A stretch of 64,000 bases of DNA from Eledone cirrhosa (GCA_964016885.1 OZ024740.1:281976001-282040000), one strand, 5' to 3'. Positions 1 to 13,064 are shown, numbered from the stretch's first letter. Made by a program: numbers and translations. The notes: generated from the letters alone by a model not told the origin.

Positions 1-21
1 GGGTTGATATAGTAGGAAAAG

Positions 22-60
22 AGTCTCAAGGTTTCGGACGGTAGTCTTTCATCAGATGGT
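22..60 (-). ncRNA. Degenerate minimal hammerhead ribozyme motif (Penelope pseudo-LTR type)
   Basis: Reverse complement reads CTGATGA-AAGAC-tacc-GTCC-GAAAC. It shares the flank gatatagtaggaaaaga with the copy at 13026-13064. Stems I and III are poorly paired. Confidence 0.5.
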
Positions 61-99
61 GGAGCAGATGGTGGAGGGCCGATTTATAATGAACAAATA

Positions 100-1790
100 G
101 GTCCCGCTGGCGACATTTTTGTAGAAGTTGGTGTGGATGCCAACTTCTTCCGTTATTCTGAGTTGGGAGTCGAGCAGGGAGGGGGGTTCAGTGTCATCGG
201 GGTGTTCCATGCCGAATCTTTGTTTTCGTCCATGCTGGAAAACGTCATGTATATCCTGTCTGTCACTTCACGGAATGGTGTCAGGATGAGTATGTCATCT
301 ATATATCGGGTGAAGAAGGCACAGGAGAGGCAGATGTTGAGGGCCCGGCGTTCTAGCTGGTTCATATAAGTAATGGTCAACAGGCCTGATAAGCTGGATA
401 CCATGGGGAGTCGTGTTGTTTGTCTGTATGTATGATTGTGGAAGGTGAAGTAGGTATTATCCACCGTGATGGTTAGGAGCTGGTGTATGTCTGCCGCGTA
501 GAGACCCTAGCAGTACATGTTAGATGAAATTATGCAGTCAGTCACTAGGCTGACTGCTGGATGACCGGGGTCTTTTGTATCTATTGAGTCTAAGTTGATC
601 TGGCTGGAGCTGGTGAAGTCTCTGTATTACTTCATCGGAGCTACTGAAATGGTGGATAATCTATGTTGAGGATCTGGGTAAGGAGCCAGGAAATTTTATA
701 TAGAGGTCCTACTATGCTGGAAACAATGTGTCGAATCTGGAGTTTAACATTATTCTTATGGGTCTTAAGGAGGTGGTAGAAAGTGGACTGTCTACTATTT
801 CTAGTGAAGAAGTTGTTTCTACGTTTATTGGGAAGTTGTCTCCTGCAAATGTCAAACCAGATGGTGCTGACGCCTTCTTCGGTCTGGGTTGCAGTTACGC
901 CCGAAACTTTTGCATACAGTCCGTCGTCGCTCAGGTGTTCGTAGGCCAGGTCGTCATAAGTGGCTTGGGAGATGACACACTATTCCCTCCCTTTGTCAGA
1001 AGGGAGGTAGGTAAGTTCCTTTTCTCACAGGTTTTTCAGGTTGAGCTTTTGGGTCCTCTTTTGCCTCCCTAGTATATCGAGGATAGACTGCTTCAGTCTT
1101 GAGAGTTTGTCGTTAAGTTCATGGTTGGCAGGCAGTGGACAGAGTGGGTAGTTGAGTTGGTATATCGGGAATTTGGTGGAGGTGTTTGTCTCGGCACTGT
1201 TGCTGCTACTGATATTCATTTTAGCTCGTAGGCAGCCTGACAAAAATTAGTTTCTAGGTGGAGGCATAACCTGGCGTCCAGTCTCTACGTTACTATAAAC
1301 TTGGGGCCAAGACTGAGGAGTTCTAACTCATCTCGGGAGAGAGATCTTGTGAAGTCTGCAACGAGGGGTCGTGCTTCGGTTAATGTGTTTGTGTTGGTTG
1401 GTGTGCCGGTAAGCTCGGTGTTGATGTTGTTCTGTCTGCCTCTGTTGGTATCTTGAGGTGAACTGTTAGTGTGATTTGTCATGCAGAACCTGGGGAATTT
1501 TCGCTTTAGGCGCTTCTTCTCGTGATCTAGGTGGTGGTGATAGCATCTATCTGTTGCAGCGGTTGTCACTCCGAGCAGGGGCTCTGGGGGTTGCTGATTG
1601 TTCAGGTAGTATGTTAAAGATTTTCCGTATGTGTTGGTGTAACGTGCGGTGTATGCGTTCTATGAGTTCCTTGATGCAGAACTTGTGAAGGTAGTTCATT
1701 GACTAATGCTTGGCGATTATGTGTGTGTTTTTATTGGTAGCTTGAATCACCCAAAGTATAACAATATCTGATTCAACACACGATTCCACA
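100..1790 (-). mobile_element. Decayed Penelope-like retroelement (N-terminal region plus RT; no endonuclease seen)
   Basis: Minus-strand ORF pieces LSRDELELLSLGPKF (1285-1569) and NTYFTFHNHTYRQTTRLPMVSSLSGLL...FFTRYIDDIL (153-464) match the Penelope RT pattern F.F....Y.Q..G.PMGS.LS...RY.DD. Stops and frameshifts are present. Confidence 0.85.
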
Positions 1791-1862
1791 TCAAGAAACT
1801 TTCAATACAAATACAAAACGAAATACATACATACATAAACACAGACACACAGAGAGAGAGAC

Positions 1863-1962
<100 letters not shown>

Positions 1963-1978
1963 GTAGATAGATATACAT

Positions 1979-2025
<47 letters not shown>

Positions 2026-2028
<3 letters not shown>

Positions 2029-2230
2029 AAAGTGTGGTAAGAAACCAGGTGGACCAGGTGGACTATAACGCAACCAGAGTATTCGATACTTAGGGTAGTA
2101 GTGTGGATAATAGGAAAAGAATCAGGACCCCGGCGGCCGAGCTCCGGCCGTTTCGACAGCTAGATCCGAACAGTTCGGATCTAGCTGCCGAAACGGCCGG
2201 AGCTCAGCCGTCGGGGTCTTGACTCTTTTC

Positions 2231-2231
<1 letters not shown>
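2026..2231. repeat. Penelope-type terminal fragment with ~119 bp fold-back palindrome (2113-2231) in a (TA)n array
   Basis: Near-perfect inverted repeat centred at 2172. Each arm carries the HHR 3' half GAAACGGC...GCCGTC-GGGGTC. Related copies are at 23939-24045, 28306-28480 and 31129-31235. Confidence 0.8.
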
Positions 2232-2278
<47 letters not shown>

Positions 2279-2311
2279 TACATGAATCAAAGTTCTGCTT
2301 AAACCATTTAT

Positions 2312-2360
2312 TCGCTTACAATTGTTTCTTCCAAACCGAGGTTTGGGGTCTTCGGAGCAA
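2312..2360 (-). ncRNA. Minimal hammerhead ribozyme with core U4-to-C change
   Basis: Reverse complement: TTGCT CCGAAGA CCCCAAACC tc GGTTTGGAA GAAAC AATT GTA AGCGA, overlapping AATAAA. Stem I is TTGCT/AGCGA; stem III loop is palindromic AATT. Confidence 0.6.
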
Positions 2361-2972
2361 TTTTTCAATGATTGTTTACATACATGGCCATATATATATA
2401 TATATATCGTTTATACTTTGGGTGATTCTTGCTACCAATTAGAACATACGCACAAGTTGAGTTTCACTTCGACTTTTATTAAGTAATTAATCAATTTATC
2501 TGTTGGTTTATCAACGAAAGGGTTATTTATTGTCAAAGCTCTTTTTTCCGGATATTCCATCTTTTTTTCTTTTATTCCTCTTTTTTTTTATAAAGTAACT
2601 GTGACAAAATTGAAAAGAGAATACATAAATAGTAAAAAAAATCATTGAGAAGTCCTGAAGGTGTGACGAAAGAACTGAACATTTAACGCAATTCTCAGTA
2701 TGATTCAGTGTGACAAGGCTGGCCCATTGAATTACATCTAACGGACTTTAATATAGTTTCCGTCTATCCAAATTCACTCTGAAGACATTGGTCGATCTGA
2801 GACTATGGCAAAGACACTTGTCAAATATACCACGCAGATCGAATACAAATCTTCATGATTGTGGAGAAAACTTCTTAACCATTCAGACATGTCGTGTCCG
2901 CACATGCGCATACATATATAATAAGTCTCTGTCCACATTTTCCCATAATGACAATCATTATCATGTGAGATA

Positions 2973-3162
2973 TGGCGGTGGATTGGCAGTATCGGTAGAG
3001 GGTCGGACGCCATGCTTTCCAGCATAGTTACGTCCCTTTACGATCTGAGTTCAAATCCCGCCGAGGTTGACTTATCCGTTCATCCTTACGGGGTCGATAA
3101 AATAAAGTACCAGTAATGCACTGGGTAATTGCAGGCCTTGTGCCTAAAGTAGAAACAATTAT
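2973..3162 (+). mobile_element. tRNA-derived SINE (family 1)
   Basis: A-box-like TGGCAGTATCGG, B-box GAGTTCAAATCC and central gcctttcatcc..ggggtcgataaaataaagtaccag domain. Near-identical to 41632-41817. Confidence 0.85.
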
Positions 3163-5429
3163 CATGTGAGATAAACATAGGTAATTCGTATTCGGAGAAA
3201 TAATTTTTTTTAGTACTTTTATCTTATCTCAGCTGTTTTGTTGATTTATACTATGAGTATAAATGTTATAATATTTGGTTGCCTTTTGAGATTAACGCTG
3301 TTTATTTGCTCTGCCAAGTTTTCAGCTGTGCATGCAATAAAAACAGACTATATTCGTTTCTTTCGTCTTATAGTGTTTATTGCCTCACTACTCTGCCGGA
3401 TATATCATAGTGACACTTACAACATGCACACTACAAGATCACATATATCGAAGTGGATATTCTTTGCATTAGCAGCCTATCCCCTTCTGACAACACTTTG
3501 GAACGGAATCACCTATCAACGTTAACAACCAAATAGCTTTTAAGGAAGTTAATTTTAGTAGTTTCATCGACCCAGAGGAACGACCTAAGATTACATTCAG
3601 TCGATGGAGGTCGCTAGAAGTATTGATTCCTAATCAATTGATTTTTGTTCGGCTTGTGGAATAGCACTGGAGTGTGTTGCTGCTGAATAGTGATGAAATT
3701 CATATTTTCAACTACTATTTTTTAAATAAATGTAGTAAGATAGAGTGAAAGATGTCAAATCTTATTGAATATTATTAGAACTTGTATGTTGGAAATTAAA
3801 ATGTTGATTGAAATAAAGATTTAACCAGTTCATGGCGCTGTTAATACTTGTATCTTCTTATCTGATTAGTACTAAAATGGGTAACTACATGGATACCCGA
3901 TATATATGATTTATTAAACGTGGCTTACAGAGTAGATAAAACACCAAACTCCACGAGTTCGTATCTCACTTTAAGCAAGGCATTCTATCTGTGGACAAAA
4001 TATTCGATTCTATTTGCTCTGCGGACAGGCTAGCGTTAGAGTATAATTTCACTGAACAATAGTCAAAATTTGCAATTGTGCCATCTAGAGATTCCATAAT
4101 CTGTTGACACTTTTCTCATGTGAAATGTTATCTAGACAGGTAGAGGTTATTTACATTTGAAGAAGTCATTTTCTTCTAGTAACCTCCTCAGAAGTGTTAT
4201 TTGTTTTTGATTTCTACTCAATAAACAAAATCTATCCTTTTACAGGATTAGGGTGGGTTTAGTTTTGTTGATTTGAATTCACTTATCGTTTTCTTTTTGC
4301 TGTACAATTTATGTTGAATCATTTGGATGGAAAGGGTTGCATATTAATATTTGAAATTATTTGTATTCAGATATACTTTTACATATAGTAGTGGTATGCA
4401 GAAAAAATTTAATGCATATAAGTGTTTATATGGTGATCATTTTGCTAGTACATTTCAAGTTACATGATAAATATTTTAAAGTGACATTGTTAATGTATTT
4501 TCTGCATTACTGCAATTATAGAAAACATAAATATCGAGCTGATTATCATACTCGTTATACAGACAGAGTAGTGGCAATTGAAAAAGTTAGGTTCAATAAT
4601 ATTTCGTATTAATTATATAGCTAACCTAACAGAGCAAACAACGAATTGCAAATAGAGGATAGTCGCATTTATTCTTTACAATTTGGCTCCAGTTTGCATT
4701 AAGACATTCCTACTACTATGGAACGAACTTACATATTCAATACTGCTACTATAGCCAAATGCGTGGGAGCAGGTGTTAACACAAAAGAGGTACTGCTGTG
4801 GTTGCTGAAACATAAATAACAACACCAGTTACTGCTGCCACTGCTTGTGCTACTATAACTACCATCGATTTCCATCGGGCGATGAGAATGTTCGCAAATT
4901 GATTGCATTTGTTCTCATCTACTAATTCCGAATCTTTCTTATAATATTTTTATTCGCAACGCATCTACCTTGAAATATACTTTCTAAATCTCCTGTTGTC
5001 GATAGAAACAATCAGAAAAACTATGTCAAAGTTGTAAGATGTATCCGTTCTGAAAATAATGGAACTTCGAATTAATATTTATAGCCCTGTTCAGGTTTTT
5101 AGACTGACAATATATGAAAGTAAAAAAAGGTATCATGGTTAATAAACCTCGATATAATGCGGGCTAAAACATAAGCAAACCGAAACTTTCCACTGATTTA
5201 AGTACACACTTGAAGTCTCTGTTAAAGAGACTATCGACAGCTCACATTGTTACTCTAAGTGTTGAAAATAGAGCAAGTAAAGATATTCTTGGAAAATTAT
5301 GTAGAATACTTCTAAATTAAATGAAAGGTGTTCAGTATTTTGTTTCACATATTTAATTCAGAATGACATTGATAATCACTCTTTTTTACTAGTACTTCAA
5401 AAGGAAAATTATATTTGCATTATAATTTG

Positions 5430-5900
5430 ACTATACTCATGCACTAGTGCTACAGATATGATTATTCCCTCATGAAAATGAAACTTTGCCATCATATAAA
5501 GCAGATTAATAACAGAATTTCTATTCTTCTTAATGAACCAACACAACATATTAGCATTATAACTACCCTCATAGTTTATTTGAAATAGGAAATGGAAAGT
5601 AAAGGATATCTTTATTTTAGATATGTTAAACCCTTTGATCAGAAAGCTGCAACTAGCCTAGCATTTAGGGAACTCACTAGCCAAGGGTTTGATGACGCTT
5701 AGATGGAACTCGACATTGTAGCATTTGTTAGTGATGGAGTGGACATCATTTTTGGTGTTGAATTTGGTGCTGCAATAATTCTTTGGTAACATTATCCTGA
5801 TGTGTGTGATCATTTGGTACTGTCGTAATCACAGATTAAAAATTGCAGTAGATGATTTAAGGAGAAAAGTTGATGGAGTTAATAATTCTCATATTATTTA
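5430..5900 (+). pseudogene. hAT-type transposase relic
   Basis: Fragments translate as AFVSDG and IWYCRNHRLKIAVDD, resembling the hAT SDG and HCxxHxLxLAV motifs. Heavily decayed. Confidence 0.5.
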
Positions 5901-6497
5901 TAGAGTAATTGTACACTGTTCCCATAAATGTGCCTCTCAAATAAAACAACAAATATGCAGAACAGCCATCAGGTAGATAGCTTGATAGTTTAGAAAAGTT
6001 TAGCAGTGTAACCAAATTACGAAGTATTCTATCTTCATTTTGAAAAAAGAAATGAAGATAAAACAAGATGTTGAAATAACGGGGAAAAAAAAAAAAATTA
6101 TGAAGATCTTTTGAAGAAAGAAATTCTTTTCAGAATAGTTCCTATTGTATGACGTGTATGCATTTGGATTATTCCAATGTATTTACAGAAACACACTTAT
6201 TCGATTGTTTATACAAACAAACTGAACATACAATCATTAAATGGACTGATTCAAACAGCCTAAAGATTCAATAGACAATTGAACATGAGAAGTTTGGAAA
6301 CATTTTATTTGTTTCATTGTATTTAAACGATACCACTATTGAAAGCTTTTCAAACTTCTGAACATAAAAAGATATATAAATCCCTGCTAAATGAAATAAA
6401 GGCTACTATTCTGTTGAAAACCCACCAAATTCTGAAGATGTAGGGATATAAGTTGTTTTCTTACTTTATGATAAATGCCCCCAGAGATTATGTAGAG

Positions 6498-9437
6498 CAG
6501 ATGTTGTCAAAGTGTGCCCTACCGCCCCAGGGGACGTTGAGAATGTCCTGGTGGCACTGGGTCCCGAAGGGACGCTGAGGAGTCGGTAGAGATGATATAA
6601 TAACAAATGATATATATTAAATAGCAAATGATACATATTACATATAAATATAGTAAAATAAAAAATATATATTTATTTATACATAGTATATATTATATTA
6701 TTTCAGGTCACTCTTGAGTGCTACTGGTAACATGTAAACCAGTACAACCTGTCGCATGGTCGGGTCGTCGACGACTATACTGGCAACCCCACCGAGTTAA
6801 CTTGGTGAGGAGGGTGATTTTAGACACCCTGCAGGACAAAAGACAAAACCTGACAAAGGGCGGAAGAACTGATAAGAGTCAACGGCCTTCCAAAAATGTG
6901 TAAATATATATATACACATGTACATATGTATGTGTATGTATATACGTGTGTATATGCCTGGGGTATCAGAGAGGAACATGTACCTCTGTAGGTGGGGGGG
7001 GGGTAGCCATGCCCTTTTCAGGACAGCTCGTCCTGCATTGGGTCCCACCTGACACTCAGCTCTCACCTGTGGCCCAAGAAGATGTAGCATGCGACAGCGG
7101 CCACACCCTGGTAAACCGCCTTGGCTGGCGGGCCGAACCAGGTTGAGGGTAGCCGGACGGGTCTGAAACGCCCGGTGAGTTAGATAGGGGATGCCTGCCC
7201 CTGCATGCGAAGACTAGACCCGGCGGAGTAAGTAGAGGAGGACAACATCGTCCCAACAGTCATGAAGGCGGCGACAGCAAGCGGTGCGGAGCGCTGGGGT
7301 ACGGCAAGGCACTACAGACGTCGTGGACATCCACTGCAGCCAAGGAAGGCCCTGGTCGTGACGTTCCTCCGTACAACCGGATTCTGGCTTCTGCGGCCGA
7401 GTGAGTGGGACCGCCACCGTGCACTGGCCCTCCCACTATAAACCTTTCCCGCACAGGTTTCTTCTTTAGCGTGCACTCCCAAAGCCCTGCGGCGACGGGC
7501 GAGAGGCGGATGTAACAGGTGGAGGGAACCTCTGGAAGTTGCCAGTCGCAAACCCACTCGTGGGCAGCCTGGATGCGCAAGTCGTTTTCCTCCTGACCCT
7601 GTGATGACAGAGGAGATCAGGCATTCCACCGGGCGACTGAGCAGCCCTTTTCAGAGGAGCACTGCTCACCCTCGCACGAGGGAGGGGCGATAAAAGGAGC
7701 CCTAATCAAATGCTCGTCCCACACAAAGCCGGCCAGTCTACCGAGCTGGCGGTTTTACCCTTGCAAGCGGTCGAAACCAACATAACAGAAAGAAGAACTT
7801 GATTCTTGGCGCATGGAATGTGCGCACCCTCTAGGATAGGGAAACCTTCTTGAGGCCAGAGAGAAGAACTGCCCTCATAACAAGGGAATTAGCTCGCTAC
7901 CGGATCGACATAGCCGCCCTCAGCGAGACTAGACTTGCCGAAGACGGATCAGTAGCAGAACCGAAAGGAGGCTACACTATCTTCTGGAAGGGCAATGCAA
8001 AGGACGAGGACAGAATCCACGGGTTAGGCCTGGTCATCAGGACTTCATTCTGCAAGCAGCTACCAGACCTCCCAACACCTGTGAGTGAGTGGCTGATGAA
8101 GCTCCGCTTCCCCCTCGACCCATCTCGGCATGTCACAGTCATCAGCGCGTACGCACCCACTCTCATCAGCAGCAATGAAGCAAAGGACGCTTTTTACGGG
8201 GAACTCAACGCACTCGTGAAGGGCTTCCCCCCCAAGCGATAAACTCATCCTACTGGGAGACTTCAACGCAAGAGTCGGTTCTGACAGCAACAACTGAAGA
8301 GGCGTGCTGGGAGCTCATGGCATAGGGAAGCTGAACTCTAACGGCCTCATACTGTTGAGTTTCTGCGCCGAGAACGACCTCACCATCACCGGCACACTGT
8401 TCCGCCAGGCAGACAAGTTCAGACGACATGGATGCACCCCAGATCCAAACAGTGGCATCTGATTGACTTTGCCATATGCCGCAGGAGGGACATCCGTGAC
8501 GTCAGAATCACCATTGCCATGCGTGGTGCAGAGTGTTCGACCTGGAGATAAACGCCAGAATCTGCAAGGCCAGTCAAGCCCTCGGCCGCCTGAGGACACG
8601 CGTCCTGAACCAGCACAACATCAGGCAGTCCACCAAGCTCAAGGTGTAGAGGGCTGTTGTTCTCACCAGCCTCCTCTACGGATGTGAGTGATGGACCCTG
8701 TGCAGAATGCACCGAAGCTGCTAGCGGTTCCATATGCGCAGCCTGCGGTCAATCATGAACATCAAATGGCAGGACAAGGTCTCCAACATCGAAGTTCTTG
8801 ACATGGCTGAGACAACCAGTGTCGAAGCTATGATACTGAAGAGCCCACTTCTATGGGTGGGACATGTCATCCGGATGGACGATCACAGGCTTCCGAAGCA
8901 ACTGATGTATGGGGAACTCTGTTCGGGGAAACGAAAGCGGGGCAGGCCTCTCAAGAAGTTCAAAGACCGCGTGAAGTTCAGTATCAACAACACTGGAATC
9001 GCGCCAAAACAACTCGAGTCTCCTGCTCAGGACAGGACTGAGTGGCGAGCCCTTACCAGACCCTCCAAAGACTCTTTTGAAGAGAAGAGACGGGCAGAGG
9101 TCACTGAGGCCTGTGAAAGGACGAGAAAGGCATCAACAGCTTCCCCAAGCGACTACGGTCTCTTCCCCTGCTCCCACTGTCCCCAGACCTGCAAGTCAAG
9201 GATCGGTCTCCACAGCCACCTTCGTGCCCATGGCAGACGGGAACTAAAATAAAGAAGACGTCATCATCGTTTATGATAGACAACCAAGATATTATATTAT
9301 TTATTATATATCAATTAGCGATTTTATTTATATATTATTTACAATTTGAAAATTAGACAGGTCTCTCTGGAAATATAAGTTGAGGGCATTACGTGGATGT
9401 GAGTGGGGTGGTGGCCCAAAATGTTTGAGAACCTCTG
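6498..9437. mobile_element. hAT (Charlie/Buster-like) MITE split by nested RTE insertions
   Basis: Ends CAGATGTTGTCAAA / TTTGAGAACCTCTG. 8-bp flanks are ATGTAGAG (6490-6497) and ATGTAGAT (9438-9445). A related 5' end occurs at 63945-64000. Confidence 0.7.
6957..9290 (+). mobile_element. RTE-clade LINE, internally deleted
   Basis: GC-rich 5' UTR; APE endonuclease (GAWNVRTL, RPERRTALITRELARYRIDIAALSETR, VISAYAPT, LGDFNARVG, WHLID); then a jump to the C-terminus (W.GHVIRM.DHRLPKQLMYGEL, C2H2 CSHCPQTCKSRIGLHSHLRAH). The RT core is missing. Confidence 0.9.
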
Positions 9438-9629
9438 ATGTAGATGATCATAGCTATCCAATTATATATAACCAAAATTTAGGTTCTTTAAAATAACAAC
9501 AAAATGCTCAAGAAATGTTTACTTGCTTAATATATATATTATGATGATCTGTGATTACCGGCTGAACCGTGCAAGACTTTGTCTTATTAAATAATGTCTG
9601 TATTAACGTTAGACGACGGATCATCCGTT

Positions 9630-9890
9630 TCGTTAGAACACCAAATAGAATGCTTTGCGTAATTTGTTCCGATGCTCTGAGATCAAATCTCACTCAGGTC
9701 AAATTTGCCTTTCATCTTTTCGAGGTCGATGAAAGTGTACCAGTCTGGTACTGAAGTCGATTTTCCTTCTGTATCTTTTTCTCACTTCCTCTCTATCATA
9801 CTCTCATCTGGAAGAGGCGATGGACCGCACCAATTTTAATGCCCAAAATGCCCAAGATGTGCTGTATATGATTACGGCGCCCCTACATAT
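9630..9890 (+). mobile_element. Degenerate family-1 SINE with alternative 3' tail
   Basis: tttgccttt catcttttcgaggtcgat domain plus a tail similar to 25796-26075 and 52879-53190. Confidence 0.6.
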
Positions 9891-9919
9891 AATAATATTT
9901 AATGCCTTAACTCTAAGAG

Positions 9920-9987
<68 letters not shown>

Positions 9988-10160
9988 CAAGAGTAACCAA
10001 TCTTAAAGAGAGATATGGAGATAGGAGAGGAGATATGAGAGGAGAGATCGGTGAATAAGTTAGAAGCCAAAGCGTAAAGGCATGTACTCAATGTGCAATA
10101 TGCAGTAGAAAGCAGCTAGGTGGCTGGGTTCATGCAGAAGTTAGGTGCGCAGAGCTGGAA

Positions 10161-10368
10161 ATATTCATTAGTTAAGCAAAACAAGACCACAAATTTCACA
10201 AGGAAGACATTATTAAAAGATTGTCAACATATTTTAGTTTGATGTAAGGAATGTAGAGAATAATAATATTAATAATAATAAACATTCCTTACATCAAACT
10301 AAAATATGTTGACAATCTTTTAATAATGTCTTCCTTGTGAAATTTGTGGTCTTGTTTTTCTTAACTAA

Positions 10369-10375
<7 letters not shown>
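10161..10375. repeat. Inverted repeat (~94 bp arms) between (TA)n arrays
   Basis: 10161-10254 is the reverse complement of 10282-10375. Confidence 0.9.
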
Positions 10376-10422
<47 letters not shown>

Positions 10423-10425
<3 letters not shown>

Positions 10426-10638
10426 TCAGTGTATACTGATTAATGCTCAGAGCCATCCTCAGCATTCTCGTGTAGCACTCTACATGGACACACTGGAAGA
10501 GGAAGACCAAGGTTAACGTATGTTGATGCCCTTAAGGACAGACACTGGTCTGTTGGAGACGCAGGACATGGCAGCGTTAATGAGGGACAGAGACCACCGC
10601 TGGAGAAAACTCATCCATGGATCTCGGGAATTTACCCG

Positions 10639-10642
<4 letters not shown>
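10423..10642 (+). mobile_element. RTE-like LINE 3' fragment
   Basis: Encodes HTGRGRPRLTYV..LRTDTG..MAALMRDRD.WRKLIH. A homologous inverted copy is at 12575-12845. Confidence 0.65.
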
Positions 10643-10703
<61 letters not shown>

Positions 10704-10704
<1 letters not shown>

Positions 10705-10899
10705 AAATATATAGCTTTCACCGTATTTTTAACTGAAGTGATTTTAGCTTGATAACGGGGTTTAGAACCCTCAGATAAATGGAAAAAGATGAGTATTGGT
10801 ACGTCAATACTCATCTTTTTCCATTTATCTGAGGGTTCTAAACCCCGTTATCAAGCTAAAATCACTTTAGTTAAAAATACGGTGAAAGCTATATATTTT
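10704..10899. repeat. Fold-back palindrome (~95 bp arms) in a (TA)n array
   Basis: Near-perfect inverted repeat with a short loop at about 10799-10804. Confidence 0.9.
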
Positions 10900-10939
10900 C
10901 TAATTTCAAACTCGCTCACTGTTTCAAAACATACTTACT

Positions 10940-10989
<50 letters not shown>

Positions 10990-10992
<3 letters not shown>

Positions 10993-11822
10993 AGTTAATA
11001 TAAATTAATATATTTGATAAACACAAATACCAACATATCCATGTTTGAATTGTAAAGGACTAAGTTAGCTAGATTGAAAAATACTAATTATAATAATACA
11101 GTTTGCCTGTCTCGATTTAAAATAATAAATCAATAAAAACAAAGTATATTGAGTCCTTTACAATACAAGCATGGATATGTTGGTATTTGTGTTTATCAAA
11201 TATATTAATTTATATTAACTTGTATTACACGGCTCAGAAATACTTCTTTCTTTGAGCTATTTCGTTGTAAAGGACTACCTGAGATTTGAACTCATTATTA
11301 ATCAACCCCATATAAACGGCTGTTATTTCTAGCAGCACGAGTATGAGGTAGCTAGACACTGGATGGCCATGTGTGAAATACCATGTGCGTTAAACAGTCT
11401 TTTAAAATATTTTGAAGTGAAACATGCCAATTTTTCTGGTGCTTGCTGAGGAGATGGAAATGCGGTATTCTTTCACTTTTTTCATTTTTCGAAACTTATT
11501 TGGATTTTAAGGTTTAAACCAATCTACGGAACAGGTTTGATTTTGAAATTTAAATTTGTTCAAGCACCACGGCCATTTGCCAATATACTTTGTTTTTATT
11601 GATTTATTATTTTAAATCGAGACAGGCAAACTGTATTATTATAATTAGTATTTTTCAATCTAGCTAACTTAGTCCTTTACAATACAAACATGGATATATT
11701 GGTATTTGTGTTTATCAAATATATTAATTTATATTAACTTGTATTACACGGCTCAGAAATACTTCTTTCTTTGAGCTATTTCGTTGTAAAGGACTACCTG
11801 AGATTTGAACTCATTATTAATA

Positions 11823-11823
<1 letters not shown>
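10990..11823 (+). mobile_element. Non-autonomous Penelope-like/retrozyme-like unit with direct terminal repeats and an inverted 5' copy
   Basis: Direct repeat 11152-11301 / 11671-11820; 10990-11151 is the reverse complement of about 11581-11743; HHR at 11437-11569; (TA)n on both sides; no ORF. Confidence 0.75.
11437..11569 (+). ncRNA. Type I hammerhead ribozyme with extended stem III
   Basis: TGGTGCTTG CTGAGGA [stem II] GAAAC [long G-U-rich hairpin] GTT CAAGCACCA. Stem I is a perfect 9-bp pairing. Confidence 0.75.
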
Positions 11824-11882
<59 letters not shown>

Positions 11883-12179
11883 AAGGTGTATATTGAGTTA
11901 GAAACTCAAAATAGTCTCTTACAATAAAATAGCTCTAGGAAAGAGATTTTTCCGAGCCGTATAATATAATTGAATATAAAAGAAAGACGAACACAGATTT
12001 ATACATATATGTGTTCCATTAATTTGTTGAGCTAATTCAAATGTCGAATAAACCTGGCTGCTATTTTTAGTGGTGTAAGTTTGTGAGACGCACTAAGTTC
12101 AGATACCATATGCGTTGTTATATATACGCACACTATTCAGTTTCTTAATATACTTAGAAGTGTCTAGAATACTAATTCT

Positions 12180-12260
12180 TCACCCACCGATGAGCAAGAA
12201 TTGGCATTCCTATTCACAATTAATTTTGCGAAACAGCAGTACTAAAAGCTGCCTGGGTGA
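12180..12260 (+). ncRNA. Degenerate type I hammerhead ribozyme
   Basis: TCACCCA CCGATGA GCAAGAATT...AATTTTGC GAAA CAGC..GCTG CC TGGGTGA. All three stems pair, with two core substitutions. It lies in unit 11881-12440, which is related to 10990-11823. Confidence 0.65.
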
Positions 12261-12448
12261 TTGGTAGTTACCACAATTCCGGTTTATATTTATTTTCTTG
12301 ATTTATTCTTAAATTGAGTCAGGCAAACCCTATTGTCTATTGTTAGTATTCTTTTAACCTTAGTCAATCTGGTCCCGTACGATTTGAACACATATATGTA
12401 TATATCTGTGTTCGTCTCTCTTTTATATTCAATTATAATTATATATAA

Positions 12449-12480
<32 letters not shown>

Positions 12481-12495
12481 ATATACATATATATG

Positions 12496-12574
<79 letters not shown>

Positions 12575-12578
<4 letters not shown>

Positions 12579-12845
12579 CCCGAGATCCATGGATGAGTTT
12601 TCTCCAGTGGTCTTTGTCCTTCATCATCGCCGCCATTACTGCATCTCCCAGAGACCAGTGTCTGTCCGTGGGGCATCAATATATGTCAACCTTAGTCTCC
12701 CTCTTCTAGTGTGTCCGTGTAGGGGCTCCCACAGGACCACTGTGTGCAGTGTCAACTCTGAATGTGGATGAGCATGTCCAGCTAACCTCAGTCTCCTGCG
12801 TTACTTTCGAGCTGAATTTTGGGAGGCTTCCGTACAGCTCTGAGT
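12575..12845 (-). mobile_element. RTE-like LINE 3' fragment
   Basis: Reverse-complement homolog of 10423-10642 ([20 protein letters not shown]); RLRLAGH motif upstream. Confidence 0.65.
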
Positions 12846-12877
12846 TGGATTTTAGTCTTTAATTTTATTATTATTAC

Positions 12878-12943
<66 letters not shown>

Positions 12944-13025
12944 GAAAAGTGAACAGAAATAACAAATCAGGCAGCACAGTACAATGAAGAAATATGTTAG
13001 TTTAACGCTTGATATAGTAGGAAAA

Positions 13026-13064
13026 GAATATTTATGTTTCGGACACTAGTCCTTCATCAGAAGA
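13026..13064 (-). ncRNA. Degenerate minimal hammerhead motif
   Basis: Reverse complement CTGATGA-A-GGAC-tagt-GTCC-GAAAC; same family as 22-60. Confidence 0.5.

Noticed and set aside
2973-3065. tRNA-like A/B boxes here and in other SINE copies
   Set aside because: They are SINE heads with no full cloverleaf.
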